Origin: Planctomycetota bacterium | Lineage (GTDB): Bacteria > Planctomycetota > GCA-002687715 > CAIWVZ01 | Length of the DNA: 64,000 nucleotides | Direction: 5' to 3' | NCBI GenBank assembly: GCA_044222185.1 | Contig: JBGANV010000001.1 | Span: 1,088,001-1,152,000, forward strand | Made by a program: the position numbers and the translations under genes | In this document: positions 9,033-17,401 of the stretch, in pieces | Layout of the letters: each line of letters opens with the position of its first letter | Numbering within the stretch: position 1 is the first letter of the stretch | The notes under the pieces: generated by a model | Told to the model about the DNA's origin: nothing | Seen by the model: only the letters and a program-made list of their open reading frames with translations | Databases searched by the model: none

Positions 9033-9746
9033 TCAGTCCTTGAACGCGACTTCCTCCCCGTTCTTGATCCGCTCGCGCAGTTTCGCTCGGTCGGCAGGCG
9101 TCATCGCATGAACCTGCTCGGCCGTGAGCGCCTGAGGCGCGGGCGCGGTCCCCACTTGAGCGCTCGGGGCGGGCCCAGCGCCGTTGCCGCCCGGGGCCGG
9201 GCGGAACACGTCCTGCGTGCCGAGATCCTGGACCGCCTGCTCCAGAGAAAGCGTCCGACCGTTGTGGTCGTACACGATCTCGCCGGTCGCTCCCTCGCGA
9301 AGCCGTGGCTCGATCAGGTCGCGCATGATCTGCGGGTTGGCGTACTTGCCGTCCGCGATCAGCTTGTCGATCGTTCGCTGGCGCGCAGCCTTCGATTCGG
9401 CCGCGGCGCGCTGCGCCTCCGACTGCTTCAACCTGTCGAGCTCGGCCTGCTGCGCCTCGAACATCGGACGGACGTTCTCGGGCAGCGCGGACGGATCGAT
9501 CCGGGTGGGCTTCGGGTCTTCCTTCTGGCCCGCACGACGCGCCGCGTTGGCCTGGTTCTCCAGCGACGTGATCTTCGCCTGCAGCGGGGCAACGGCTGCC
9601 TGCACCACGCCTTGGATCGCCTCCAACGTCAGCCCAGGATTTGCACTCGCCGACTGGCCGGCGGTAGTGCCACCTGAACTCGCGGTGGCCCCGGTACCCC
9701 CGCCATTGGCAGGGCTCCCGCCTTGGGCGGGGTTCGGATCGGTCAT
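9033..9746 (-). CDS. Capsid scaffolding protein
   Basis: Low-complexity N-terminus, coiled-coil, PGGNGAG C-terminal part; lies between portal and capsid. Confidence 0.75.
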   Translation of the reverse strand: MTDPNPAQGGSPANGGGTGATASSGGTTAGQSASANPGLTLEAIQGVVQAAVAPLQAKITSLENQANAARRAGQKEDPKPTRIDPSALPENVRPMFEAQQAELDRLKQSEAQRAAAESKAARQRTIDKLIADGKYANPQIMRDLIEPRLREGATGEIVYDHNGRTLSLEQAVQDLGTQDVFRPAPGGNGAGPAPSAQVGTAPAPQALTAEQVHAMTPADRAKLRERIKNGEEVAFKD

Positions 9747-9757
9747 GTGTTCCCTCT

Positions 9758-11341
9758 CTACGCGAACGGAGCAGGGCTAGCCCCCTGCTGATTCGGCGCG
9801 GAGAGTATCACGACGCGCTGCTGAAGCTGCTGCAGCGTGAGCTTCGCGAGTTCGTCAGCGACGGCCTTCTTCTTCTCCTCGGAGACGTCGCCCATGATCG
9901 TCAGCGCGATGCGCGTGAGCATGGTTCGCAGGAAGGTCTCGGAGTCGGCGAACCACTCCTTCGTGTTCCCGAACTGATCGATGAGCTCGTTGATCTCATC
10001 GTCGGTGAACTTCGCCGGGTAACGCACGGTTCCCGCGAACACCTTCGTGTCAGGCGGGGGCGGCGTGGCCGAAAGCCGCCGCGCCACGAGCTCCAGAATC
10101 GCCCAGTGCCCAGCCTGGAACCAGCTCGCGAGCTTCGAAAGCAGTCGAGCCTCCGTGTTGGAGAATCGAGACTTCTTCGCGGTCCCGCTCTCGGGCGTGC
10201 TCGTCTGCTCGAACATGCCGGTCGGGTCCGCGCCCGCCTGGCGGAACCCGTTCAGGTTCTTGTTCTCGACGGCCTTCATCGTCAGCTCGAAGCCGTCCGA
10301 TGGCGTCGACGCATACTCGAAGCTCTCGTTGTCCTCGGGGTTGAGCACGATCGCGACTGCCGGATCGCGGATGACCTCGGACACAAGGCGCTTCGTCTTC
10401 AGCACCTGGGCCGGGATGTTGTGCACGTAGCGCGAGAAGTCGCCCTGGCTGGCCTCGTTGAACGCGGAGATGTCCGCGCGGACGGTGCCCATGAGCATCG
10501 GCGACGCCCAGAGCGGGTGCTGCGGGTCGCCGAGCCAAGCGATCGGAACGCACCCGCAGCCGTGGGGCACGGCCGCCTGCACCTGCGGCTCCTCGATGTT
10601 GTTCTCGAATGCGTAGAGCTGGTCGATGGTGATCGAGAAGTAGTCGTAGCCGGGCATCTCCTTGAACCCGGCCCGGTACACCGTGACGTTCGCACGATCG
10701 ACGACCAGCCATTCGACCTTCGGTACACGTTTCCCGAGCACCGACTGCTCGCTGATGATCCGCGTGAGCACGACCCACTCCGGTCGCGTCGACCGGTCGA
10801 GCTGCCAGTTGGTGATCTCCTCGACCTGGTAAGCCACCAGGCGCGGCGCCCACGGGATCCCGTTTCGCTTCAGGAAGTCCATGGACTTGTCGGTGCTCGC
10901 TCCGAGCAGCGTCATCTGTTCCGGCGTCCGCTGCTCCATGTCGACGAGGACACCGACGCCCCCCATGCCGACCACGTCCGGGGCCTGGTTCTTGACGAAC
11001 TCGAATAGGGCGGTGCCTTGGCCGTCCGTGTCCTTCGACCAGGCCTCGATGTCGACCTTCGAGCCCCTGGTGTCGTAGGTCACCTCGATCGGGTTCTCGA
11101 AGATGGCGCCCGTGAAACGCTCGATGATGCCGGCCGTGACGCCAGCGAACTCGGAAAGGCGCACCCGCGTGGCGTAGTGGTGGTCCTTCTCGAAGTTGCC
11201 GCGGATCAGGTACTCCCGCTTCGTGGCCTCCTCGTTCAACGCGCCTCGGACGGCACGGATCTTCGGCCAGTTGTCGCGGCCTGTCATGCGCGCGTACCAG
11301 GGGTGGCGCGAAAGGAGGAACGCCTTCACGTCCGCGGTCAT
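9758..11341 (-). CDS. Portal protein
   Basis: ~527 aa directly after TerL (ATGA overlap); DTDGQGT...GGVGVLVD, HGCGCVPI and ESGTAK motifs. Confidence 0.85.
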   Translation of the reverse strand: MTADVKAFLLSRHPWYARMTGRDNWPKIRAVRGALNEEATKREYLIRGNFEKDHHYATRVRLSEFAGVTAGIIERFTGAIFENPIEVTYDTRGSKVDIEAWSKDTDGQGTALFEFVKNQAPDVVGMGGVGVLVDMEQRTPEQMTLLGASTDKSMDFLKRNGIPWAPRLVAYQVEEITNWQLDRSTRPEWVVLTRIISEQSVLGKRVPKVEWLVVDRANVTVYRAGFKEMPGYDYFSITIDQLYAFENNIEEPQVQAAVPHGCGCVPIAWLGDPQHPLWASPMLMGTVRADISAFNEASQGDFSRYVHNIPAQVLKTKRLVSEVIRDPAVAIVLNPEDNESFEYASTPSDGFELTMKAVENKNLNGFRQAGADPTGMFEQTSTPESGTAKKSRFSNTEARLLSKLASWFQAGHWAILELVARRLSATPPPPDTKVFAGTVRYPAKFTDDEINELIDQFGNTKEWFADSETFLRTMLTRIALTIMGDVSEEKKKAVADELAKLTLQQLQQRVVILSAPNQQGASPAPFA

Positions 11342-12648
11342 CGACTCCAACCTCTGAGGACCTCGAGATCCGGCGCCCGAAACGCGGAGGGCCGGTGCCT
11401 GCGGTGGAGATAGTAGCCCGCGGCCTCAAGTGCGTGCGTGCGCTTGGGATCCTCCTTGTCGACGACGCCCGGCTTCTTCCACACGCACTGCTCGCAGTCG
11501 TCGATGAGCAACTCGCACGCGGGATCGACATAGGCACGGACCTCGCCGGCGCCGTTCATGAACCGCGCGTTCGTCGCGTTGATCCGGTCCACGATCGGAG
11601 GTGCGTCCTTCGGCACGTCGTCGTCGACGCGGCTCCCGAAGTACTTCCCAAAGGCTTCGAGGAGCATCGCGTAGTAGGTGCGACCGGTCTGCGCTGTGCG
11701 CCCGTGGCCGCTTGCGTCGCCGAACAGCGTGACTCGCCCAGGGTGACTCCCGTATTTCGCCCCGACGGCGTCGGCCACGTGGTAGACGTTCGCGTGCGGC
11801 AGGGCGAACTCGTCCAGGAAGTGGGTCTCCGTCCCGCCGGCCTTGCACGCGATCTCCTGCGCGACGACGCAGAGCAGCGGATTCACGTTGAAGTCGTGGC
11901 ACAGGAACAGCGGCAGGTCCGGGTTGTACTCCAGCTTCCGAACGTGCCGCAGTCGGTCGAACTGCCCGACCGCACGAGCACCGGCGAGGTTGAGGAACTC
12001 GCCGTCCATCTCCTGCTTCAGCAGCTGCGGGTCGTACCCGTGGATCAGCGACGGGACGTAGTCGGATGGCAGCGAGAGGTTGTCGATGGTGCGGGCGCGG
12101 ATCAGCCGGTGGTTCGGGGACGGGCGCTTGACGAACTCCTCCCAGACGTGGTCGTAGCCGTTCGGCGTCGTCCCCCAGAAGACGCGAGGGCGATCGCAGT
12201 GCTTCCCACGCATGCGGCCGCGCATGACCTGCACGGCCTTCTTGGGTGCGTCGCGCACCTCGTCAGCCCACCAGCTGTCGACCTCCATGCCGCGCAGCCG
12301 GTTGTAGTTCTCGGTCGACCGGACGAGAATTCGCCCGAGCGCACCGCCGTCGAGCAGGAAGATGCGTTTCGAGCTGCGCCACTCCGCGTGGATGTCGAGC
12401 GCTCCACAGACCTCGAAGAGCGCGGGAAGGATCGTGTCCTCGAGCTGCGTGTAGCTGTTGCCCGTGGCCAGGTGGACGCCTGCCGGGAACTGCGACGCCC
12501 TGGAGACGATCCAAAAGGCGCCGGTCCGGGTCTTCCCGCCTCCGAGCCCGGTGACCATGGCGACCCACGTGAACTGCTCAAGTGACTCGATCGCAGCGAG
12601 TTGGTGCGGGTAGAGGTCGACGAACGCCTCGTTCGCGGCCTGAATCAA
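11338..12648 (-). CDS. terL: Terminase large subunit
   Basis: LYPHQ adenine motif, Walker A GLGGGKT, Walker B WWADE, TTP coupling motif, nuclease HDFNVNP...GDASG...HALEA. Confidence 0.95.
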   Translation of the reverse strand: MIQAANEAFVDLYPHQLAAIESLEQFTWVAMVTGLGGGKTRTGAFWIVSRASQFPAGVHLATGNSYTQLEDTILPALFEVCGALDIHAEWRSSKRIFLLDGGALGRILVRSTENYNRLRGMEVDSWWADEVRDAPKKAVQVMRGRMRGKHCDRPRVFWGTTPNGYDHVWEEFVKRPSPNHRLIRARTIDNLSLPSDYVPSLIHGYDPQLLKQEMDGEFLNLAGARAVGQFDRLRHVRKLEYNPDLPLFLCHDFNVNPLLCVVAQEIACKAGGTETHFLDEFALPHANVYHVADAVGAKYGSHPGRVTLFGDASGHGRTAQTGRTYYAMLLEAFGKYFGSRVDDDVPKDAPPIVDRINATNARFMNGAGEVRAYVDPACELLIDDCEQCVWKKPGVVDKEDPKRTHALEAAGYYLHRRHRPSAFRAPDLEVLRGWSR

Positions 12649-12678
12649 GCACGAAGATCGTAGTCTCGCGCGCTCCCA

Positions 12679-12966
12679 GTGATTGAAGTCACCGACGTCG
12701 TGTTCACTCCGGCGCGCAAGGAAGAAGTCGTCACGGGCCTTCTCGGGTACGTGCGTTTCGTCGTCGGCGGGGCCGTCGCTATCGACGGCGTGACGGCGCG
12801 GCGAACCCGGAACGGCCGACTTACGCTTTCATTCCCCAAGCGAGGCGATCACCACATCGTCCGACCCGCGACCAGCGCAGCGCGTGACTACCTGGAGAAG
12901 TCGATCATTTCGCAGCTGGCGCAGCAGGCGGAGAGGGCGGCTTGGTCATCAGCCGCCAGTGAATGA
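12679..12966 (+). CDS. SpoVG-family nucleic-acid-binding protein
   Basis: IEVTDVVF...LLGYVRFVV...VAIDGV..RR...GRLTLSFP...HIVRP...ARDYLEKSII matches the SpoVG pattern. Confidence 0.7.
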   Translation: MIEVTDVVFTPARKEEVVTGLLGYVRFVVGGAVAIDGVTARRTRNGRLTLSFPKRGDHHIVRPATSAARDYLEKSIISQLAQQAERAAWSSAASE

Positions 12967-13333
12967 CGCGCGTCGGCTGTCCGTCCGCGGGGGCGACATC
13001 GGGCGCGACGACATCGCTGCCGGCCTGCTGATTCGCCGCCTGCAGAATCGCACGCGCGGCGGCCACCCGGGTCTGCGCATCGATCTTGCCTGAACGACAG
13101 ATCAAGGCCAGCGTGTCGAGCGCGAGGTTCTGAAGCCCGAGCACACGGTCGATGACGGCCGACCGAATGGCGTCTCGGCCCTTCGCGAGCTGGGCGCGGA
13201 AGGCCGGATTGGTGTGCAGCAGCTTGGCCACCGTCTTGCGGTTCAGGCCCGAGGCCTTCGCCGCCTCAGAGATCGTCGCGCCGCCGAGGAGCGCGTCGAT
13301 GGCTTTCTGAGCTTTTTCCGGCACTTCCTCCAT
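12905..13333 (-). CDS. terS: Terminase small subunit (N-terminal HTH)
   Basis: KAQKAIDALLGGATISEAAKASGLNRKTV HTH and TRVAAARAIL motif; upstream of TerL. Confidence 0.75.
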   Translation of the reverse strand: MEEVPEKAQKAIDALLGGATISEAAKASGLNRKTVAKLLHTNPAFRAQLAKGRDAIRSAVIDRVLGLQNLALDTLALICRSGKIDAQTRVAAARAILQAANQQAGSDVVAPDVAPADGQPTRVIHWRLMTKPPSPPAAPAAK

Positions 13334-13484
13334 GATCGCGGTTCAGTCTACGACGTAGACTCGCGCGTTCAGGGCTGCTGGCACGGTCTTTGCCTTGGCG
13401 ATCGCGGCCCCGGCGTTTCCAGTCCGCCGGTGACCACTCAAGCCCTGCCGACTCACGCACCGATACCTCGACGGGAGATCGACG

Positions 13485-13703
13485 ATGGCGAAGGCGAGGC
13501 GTGAGCGTAGGGCCGAGGCCGACAAAGCGGACGAGCGTCTGATCCAGGTGCTCGATGCGATCGACAAGCTGGTCATCCGCGCGATGAACAACCAAGCCTT
13601 GAAGCCGAGCGACATCAGCTCACTCGTCACGACTCTGCAGCGCGCCCACAAGCTCCGCGAGCATGCGCGCGCTTCGATCGACGACCGCGCGCGCGGGCTC
13701 TGA
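13485..13703 (+). CDS. Small helical hypothetical protein
   Basis: 72 aa with GGGAG RBS; fills the gap between terS and rusA on the opposite strand. Confidence 0.6.
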   Translation: MAKARRERRAEADKADERLIQVLDAIDKLVIRAMNNQALKPSDISSLVTTLQRAHKLREHARASIDDRARGL

Positions 13704-13707
13704 TCGG

Positions 13708-14208
13708 TCACTGGAACGGGAGCTCCGGCCCCGCGCCGACAGCGGCGCGCAGGACGCTCTCGACGCGGTCTGACGCGAACTCACCGCACTCGATGACCGC
13801 GACCTCGATGAACGGCCGCTGCCCCTGCGGCACGATCCGCTTCGACACGGTCAGGGACTGGACCTGGCTGTCGTCCTCGTAGACGACGTCGTTCATGGCG
13901 TCGAGCACCGCCTTCGCCAGGTTGTCGACGTCGTAGCCGTTCTTGCCGATGTGCGGCGCGGCGGGAAGCGGCTCGCGCTTCCGCCACGTGGAGTGCGCGT
14001 GCTCGAAGCCGAAGCGAATCGTGACCTCGCATGGGCTCTTCATCGGTGGGAGCCCGCGCATCGCCCGACGCGCCTGGCCCGCGATGAACTCCGCGTAGAT
14101 CCGGCTCTTCGCTGGCTTCAGGACGCGAAGGTAGCCGTTGATCATCCTCGGGTTGCCACGGCGCCACGGTTCGGGAACACAGTCGACGGTGAAGTGCAGC
14201 GCGGTCAC
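13708..14208 (-). CDS. rusA: RusA-family Holliday junction resolvase
   Basis: DVDNLAKAVLDAMNDVVYEDDSQV motif; GTG start overlaps the rep stop. Confidence 0.9.
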   Translation of the reverse strand: MTALHFTVDCVPEPWRRGNPRMINGYLRVLKPAKSRIYAEFIAGQARRAMRGLPPMKSPCEVTIRFGFEHAHSTWRKREPLPAAPHIGKNGYDVDNLAKAVLDAMNDVVYEDDSQVQSLTVSKRIVPQGQRPFIEVAVIECGEFASDRVESVLRAAVGAGPELPFQ

Positions 14209-15209
14209 GAGGCCACCGCCTTCTCTGTCCTGCGGGCGGCCGCCATGGCGCGCTCCCTCGCCGCAACGATCTCCGGGTCGTTCGGGTCGACCGGCGGCGG
14301 CTCGTCGGCGGGCTTGGGTGTCGCCGACGGAGGCCTGCGCTTGCTCGCCGCTGCGACCGCCGCATCGATCCGGGCACTGAACGCGTGGATTGCCCAGCCG
14401 CGCTCCGCGATCCAATCGTCCCGGTCGGCCACGAAGGCCTCGATTGCGGCCTTGGCGCGGCGGACGTCGCCGCAGCAGCGGGAAAGCAGCTCGCGGAACA
14501 CGTCCCGGTGCCGCGACGTGTCGGTTTCTGGGCCGATTCCGTGGCGATCCTGCCGCGCATGCCGCCAGTGGCCGAGCAAATCGTCGATCGGATCGGGCGG
14601 TGCGGTGGGGTCCGACCGCGGCGCTGGGGCGTTGGGCGGAGTCGGCGCAGCCGAGCCCCGCGCCCCCCCTGCTCGGGGGGTTGGGGGGGACTGTTCTGTT
14701 CTGTTCTGTTCTGTGTTCGAGACTGTTCCGGTAACCGTATCCGATACTGTATCGGGAACTGTTCCTGACGTTACGGCGCCGAACGTTCGTTCCCACGTGG
14801 GACCGAACCAAGACTGATCCGACCACAGGTGACGGCGGAGCGATTCGATGTGGCGGTACTTCAGTTGGCTCTCCGGGAGCCCCTGCCAGGCCCGGAACCA
14901 CCCGAGGAGTTGCTTCTGGTTCCGCAGCTCCGCGAACTTCGGTCCGTTCGGCAACCGGATGACGCGCTTCTCGGGGTCGACCTCGACCATGCCCAGCCTC
15001 TCCAGGGCATCCATGTCGGCCTTCACTCGCGAGACGGGGCGGCGCCGGATCTCCGCCAGCGTGGCGACACCGCCGATCATCAGACCGGGCACGATCGTGG
15101 TCTGCGGGCCCGTGATGAGCGCGACCCAGAGCATCTGCTGGCTGTCGGTCAGCTGCACAAACTTCTCGTCGTCGTGCAGTCGAGGATCGATCTGACGATA
15201 GATCGCCAT
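14205..15209 (-). CDS. Phage replication initiator (replisome-organiser-like)
   Basis: MAIYRQIDPRLHDDEKFVQLT...LWVALIT N-terminus, wHTH, TEQNRTEQ/PPTP linker. Confidence 0.8.
   Translation of the reverse strand: MAIYRQIDPRLHDDEKFVQLTDSQQMLWVALITGPQTTIVPGLMIGGVATLAEIRRRPVSRVKADMDALERLGMVEVDPEKRVIRLPNGPKFAELRNQKQLLGWFRAWQGLPESQLKYRHIESLRRHLWSDQSWFGPTWERTFGAVTSGTVPDTVSDTVTGTVSNTEQNRTEQSPPTPRAGGARGSAAPTPPNAPAPRSDPTAPPDPIDDLLGHWRHARQDRHGIGPETDTSRHRDVFRELLSRCCGDVRRAKAAIEAFVADRDDWIAERGWAIHAFSARIDAAVAAASKRRPPSATPKPADEPPPVDPNDPEIVAARERAMAAARRTEKAVAS
14691..14766. repeat. Putative phage origin: (CTGTT)x4 tract plus four degenerate 12-bp iterons
   Basis: ctgtt x4 at 14691-14710; gagactgttccg/gtaaccgtatcc/gatactgtatcg/ggaactgttcct at 14719-14766, inside the initiator gene. 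Confidence 0.6.
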
Positions 15210-15337
15210 GTCCGTCTTCCCTTTCGCCCTGCGGGTGGTCGTCGCCAGATCGCCGAGCGATCCATCGCCTACCCACCGCTAAGCCGGCGCCCCCATTCAG
15301 CACCATCCGCCGCACCCGATCCACTCTCTTCCGAGCC

Positions 15338-16627
15338 CTACCCGCTCTCTTCCTGTGCAGGCTCCCGCGCCCGGGCATTCCTGCGCTTGGGAAGCTCATC
15401 GATGGCTTGTTCCCGGGCCCGCTGGGAGGCCTCCTCGATGTTCAGCCCGAAGCAATCCGCTGCGACGGGCAGAATACGCTCCGCGTGTCCCGGGTCGACG
15501 ATCCCGAACGCCAGGTCGAGCACGAGGGCCCGGAGCTCGCGCGGCTTCAGCTCCTCGAGGCTCGCTCGCGCGACGGGCGATGGGATCCCCCATTGCGCGA
15601 GGACCTCGATCGCCGAGGGAGCCGTCGAAAGGCAAAGCGCGAGCGCCACCCAGAACTCGTCCGTGAGTGGCTTCCCTGCGTCCACGCTCTGGACCGCCTG
15701 GTCTCTCACGATCTCGAAGGTGCGGCGCTGCGTGGAGTGCCGCAGATGCGTGCGCCGCTGCGATGGCGTCAACGTCGGGCGCCGTGGAGTCCTGGTCGGC
15801 TCCTGCGCCGATCCCGAGACCCTCAGCGTCTCCGCCGCGGTCTTCGCCGCGTAGCAGACCGGGTCCACGCAGAGATTGTGGCCCTGCTCAGCGTCGAACA
15901 GCGAGAAGATCCGGTCCGCCCGCTTCGGGCACGAGCTGCACGGCCCCACGCCGGGCGTGATGTCGTCCTTCTCCGTGTCGAACGTGGCGTCATCGAGGGG
16001 CTTCAGGACGTTCCGCCGGATCCGCTGGCTCGCATCCGCGACGGAGACGGGTTCGCCGGACGAGACGACCTCGCCGAGAACCAGGCGCTGACCGTCCTCG
16101 GTCGGCATCCGGGCGACCAGCAGCGCGACTGCTGCGGTCATCCTGCCGGCCAGGAACGGTGGCCGCGCGTCCTCGATCAGCGACGTGAGCTGCAGCCGGC
16201 GGAAGACGTAGGCCCGCGACTTCGCCACCATCGCCGCGATCTCGTCGACGGACTTGCCGTGCTCCTCGCGGAGGATTCGGTAGCTCCGCGCCTCGTCGAG
16301 CGGATGGAGCTCATCCCGCTGCAGGTTCTCGGTCACCTGCACGGCGAGGACAGCGTCGGGAGCGTGGCGCGGCCAGACATCGCACGGAACCAGGGTCAGG
16401 CCGGCCTGCCGGGCCGCCATCCAGCGACGCTCGCCCGCGATGATGTCCCAGGCGTCGCCTCGACCCTCCGCCGGCTGCACGATGATGGGGCTGATCACGC
16501 CGAGCTTCGCGATGCTGCGCGCGAGCTCGGTGATCGATGCGGCATCGATGTATCGCCGCGGATTTCCGGTCGACGGCGCGAGCGCATCGACCGGCAGCAT
16601 GGTGATCTGACGATCGTCCACGGTCAC
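15338..16627 (-). CDS. ParB/Spo0J-family protein with C-terminal Cys motif
   Basis: NPRR...ELARSI...GVISPIIV...IIAGERRWMAA, ENLQRDELHPLDEA, HTH, CSSCPKR...CVDPVCY. Confidence 0.9.
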   Translation of the reverse strand: MTVDDRQITMLPVDALAPSTGNPRRYIDAASITELARSIAKLGVISPIIVQPAEGRGDAWDIIAGERRWMAARQAGLTLVPCDVWPRHAPDAVLAVQVTENLQRDELHPLDEARSYRILREEHGKSVDEIAAMVAKSRAYVFRRLQLTSLIEDARPPFLAGRMTAAVALLVARMPTEDGQRLVLGEVVSSGEPVSVADASQRIRRNVLKPLDDATFDTEKDDITPGVGPCSSCPKRADRIFSLFDAEQGHNLCVDPVCYAAKTAAETLRVSGSAQEPTRTPRRPTLTPSQRRTHLRHSTQRRTFEIVRDQAVQSVDAGKPLTDEFWVALALCLSTAPSAIEVLAQWGIPSPVARASLEELKPRELRALVLDLAFGIVDPGHAERILPVAADCFGLNIEEASQRAREQAIDELPKRRNARAREPAQEESG

Positions 16628-17133
16628 GCCTCCGCGGGAACTTCGTTTGGGACGTCCGCGGCCTGCGCGATCTCCGGAGCGGGCGCCGACGGGGGCGGCG
16701 GCTGCGGGACCGCGGCACCCTGCTCGGGCGGATCGGTCGGCGGCTTCAGAAGCTCTTGGATGATCCCGACCCGCCGGAGCACGAACCCCTTTGCCAGCCG
16801 GTGAGCCTTGTCTGCGATGACGAGCCCGGTGTACTCGTCGAGGAGTTCCTCTGGACACTGCTTCGGCAGCTTCATGACGGACTTGTCACGCTTATCCGCG
16901 GGCTTCTCGAACTCGTCCGCGAGCAGCTTTGCGCGCCGCCCGTCGTAGAACCGAGACGCCTTGCGGCGCGCGTCCGACAGTTCAGACGGCGTGCACATGA
17001 GGGCGTGCCCAGCGTTCTCCGCGAGCAGCCTGATCTCCCCCGTCAACTCGTACGGAATCGACTCGCGCTCCGACTTCGCTTCCGCCGCCGCGGGGGCTTG
17101 GCCCTGCGGCTCTTCGATCTTCTCTTCGCTCAT
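16624..17133 (-). CDS. Hypothetical phage protein
   Basis: 169 aa, RBS GGAGGG, coupled to parB. Confidence 0.65.
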   Translation of the reverse strand: MSEEKIEEPQGQAPAAAEAKSERESIPYELTGEIRLLAENAGHALMCTPSELSDARRKASRFYDGRRAKLLADEFEKPADKRDKSVMKLPKQCPEELLDEYTGLVIADKAHRLAKGFVLRRVGIIQELLKPPTDPPEQGAAVPQPPPPSAPAPEIAQAADVPNEVPAEA

Positions 17134-17160
17134 GGTTTCCCTCCCCAGGGAACTCTCGAT

Positions 17161-17382
17161 TCAGCTCGCGACGCCGCACCAGGTCCCGGACGCCTCATTC
17201 GCGGAGTACGGGACGTCCTCCACCAAGTAGGAGTGGACGGCGCCGCCGTCCATGATCCGGTGCACCACCAGATCCGCGTTGTTGCCCTGGCGAACGAGGA
17301 CAACTTGGCCGGGCAAAGTCAGCCGCCCTTCGTCCGTGTCGAGCGTGTACCGAGCCGGCATTCCGATCTTCGCGTTCCACAT
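17161..17382 (-). CDS. Small hypothetical phage protein
   Basis: MWNAKIGMPARY... 73 aa with GGAGGT RBS. Confidence 0.6.
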   Translation of the reverse strand: MWNAKIGMPARYTLDTDEGRLTLPGQVVLVRQGNNADLVVHRIMDGGAVHSYLVEDVPYSANEASGTWCGVAS

Positions 17383-17401
17383 GCCGCACCTCCGTTTGAG
17401 A

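Noticed and set aside
14663-14689. C/G homopolymer runs as a phase-variation tract or G-quadruplex
   Set aside because: Explained by the PPTP..GG linker common in phage initiators; the frame is intact.
14209-15399. Long N-terminal extension of RusA overlapping the initiator gene
   Set aside because: Arg/Pro-rich off-frame read-through typical of high GC; RusA has its own coupled GTG at 14208.
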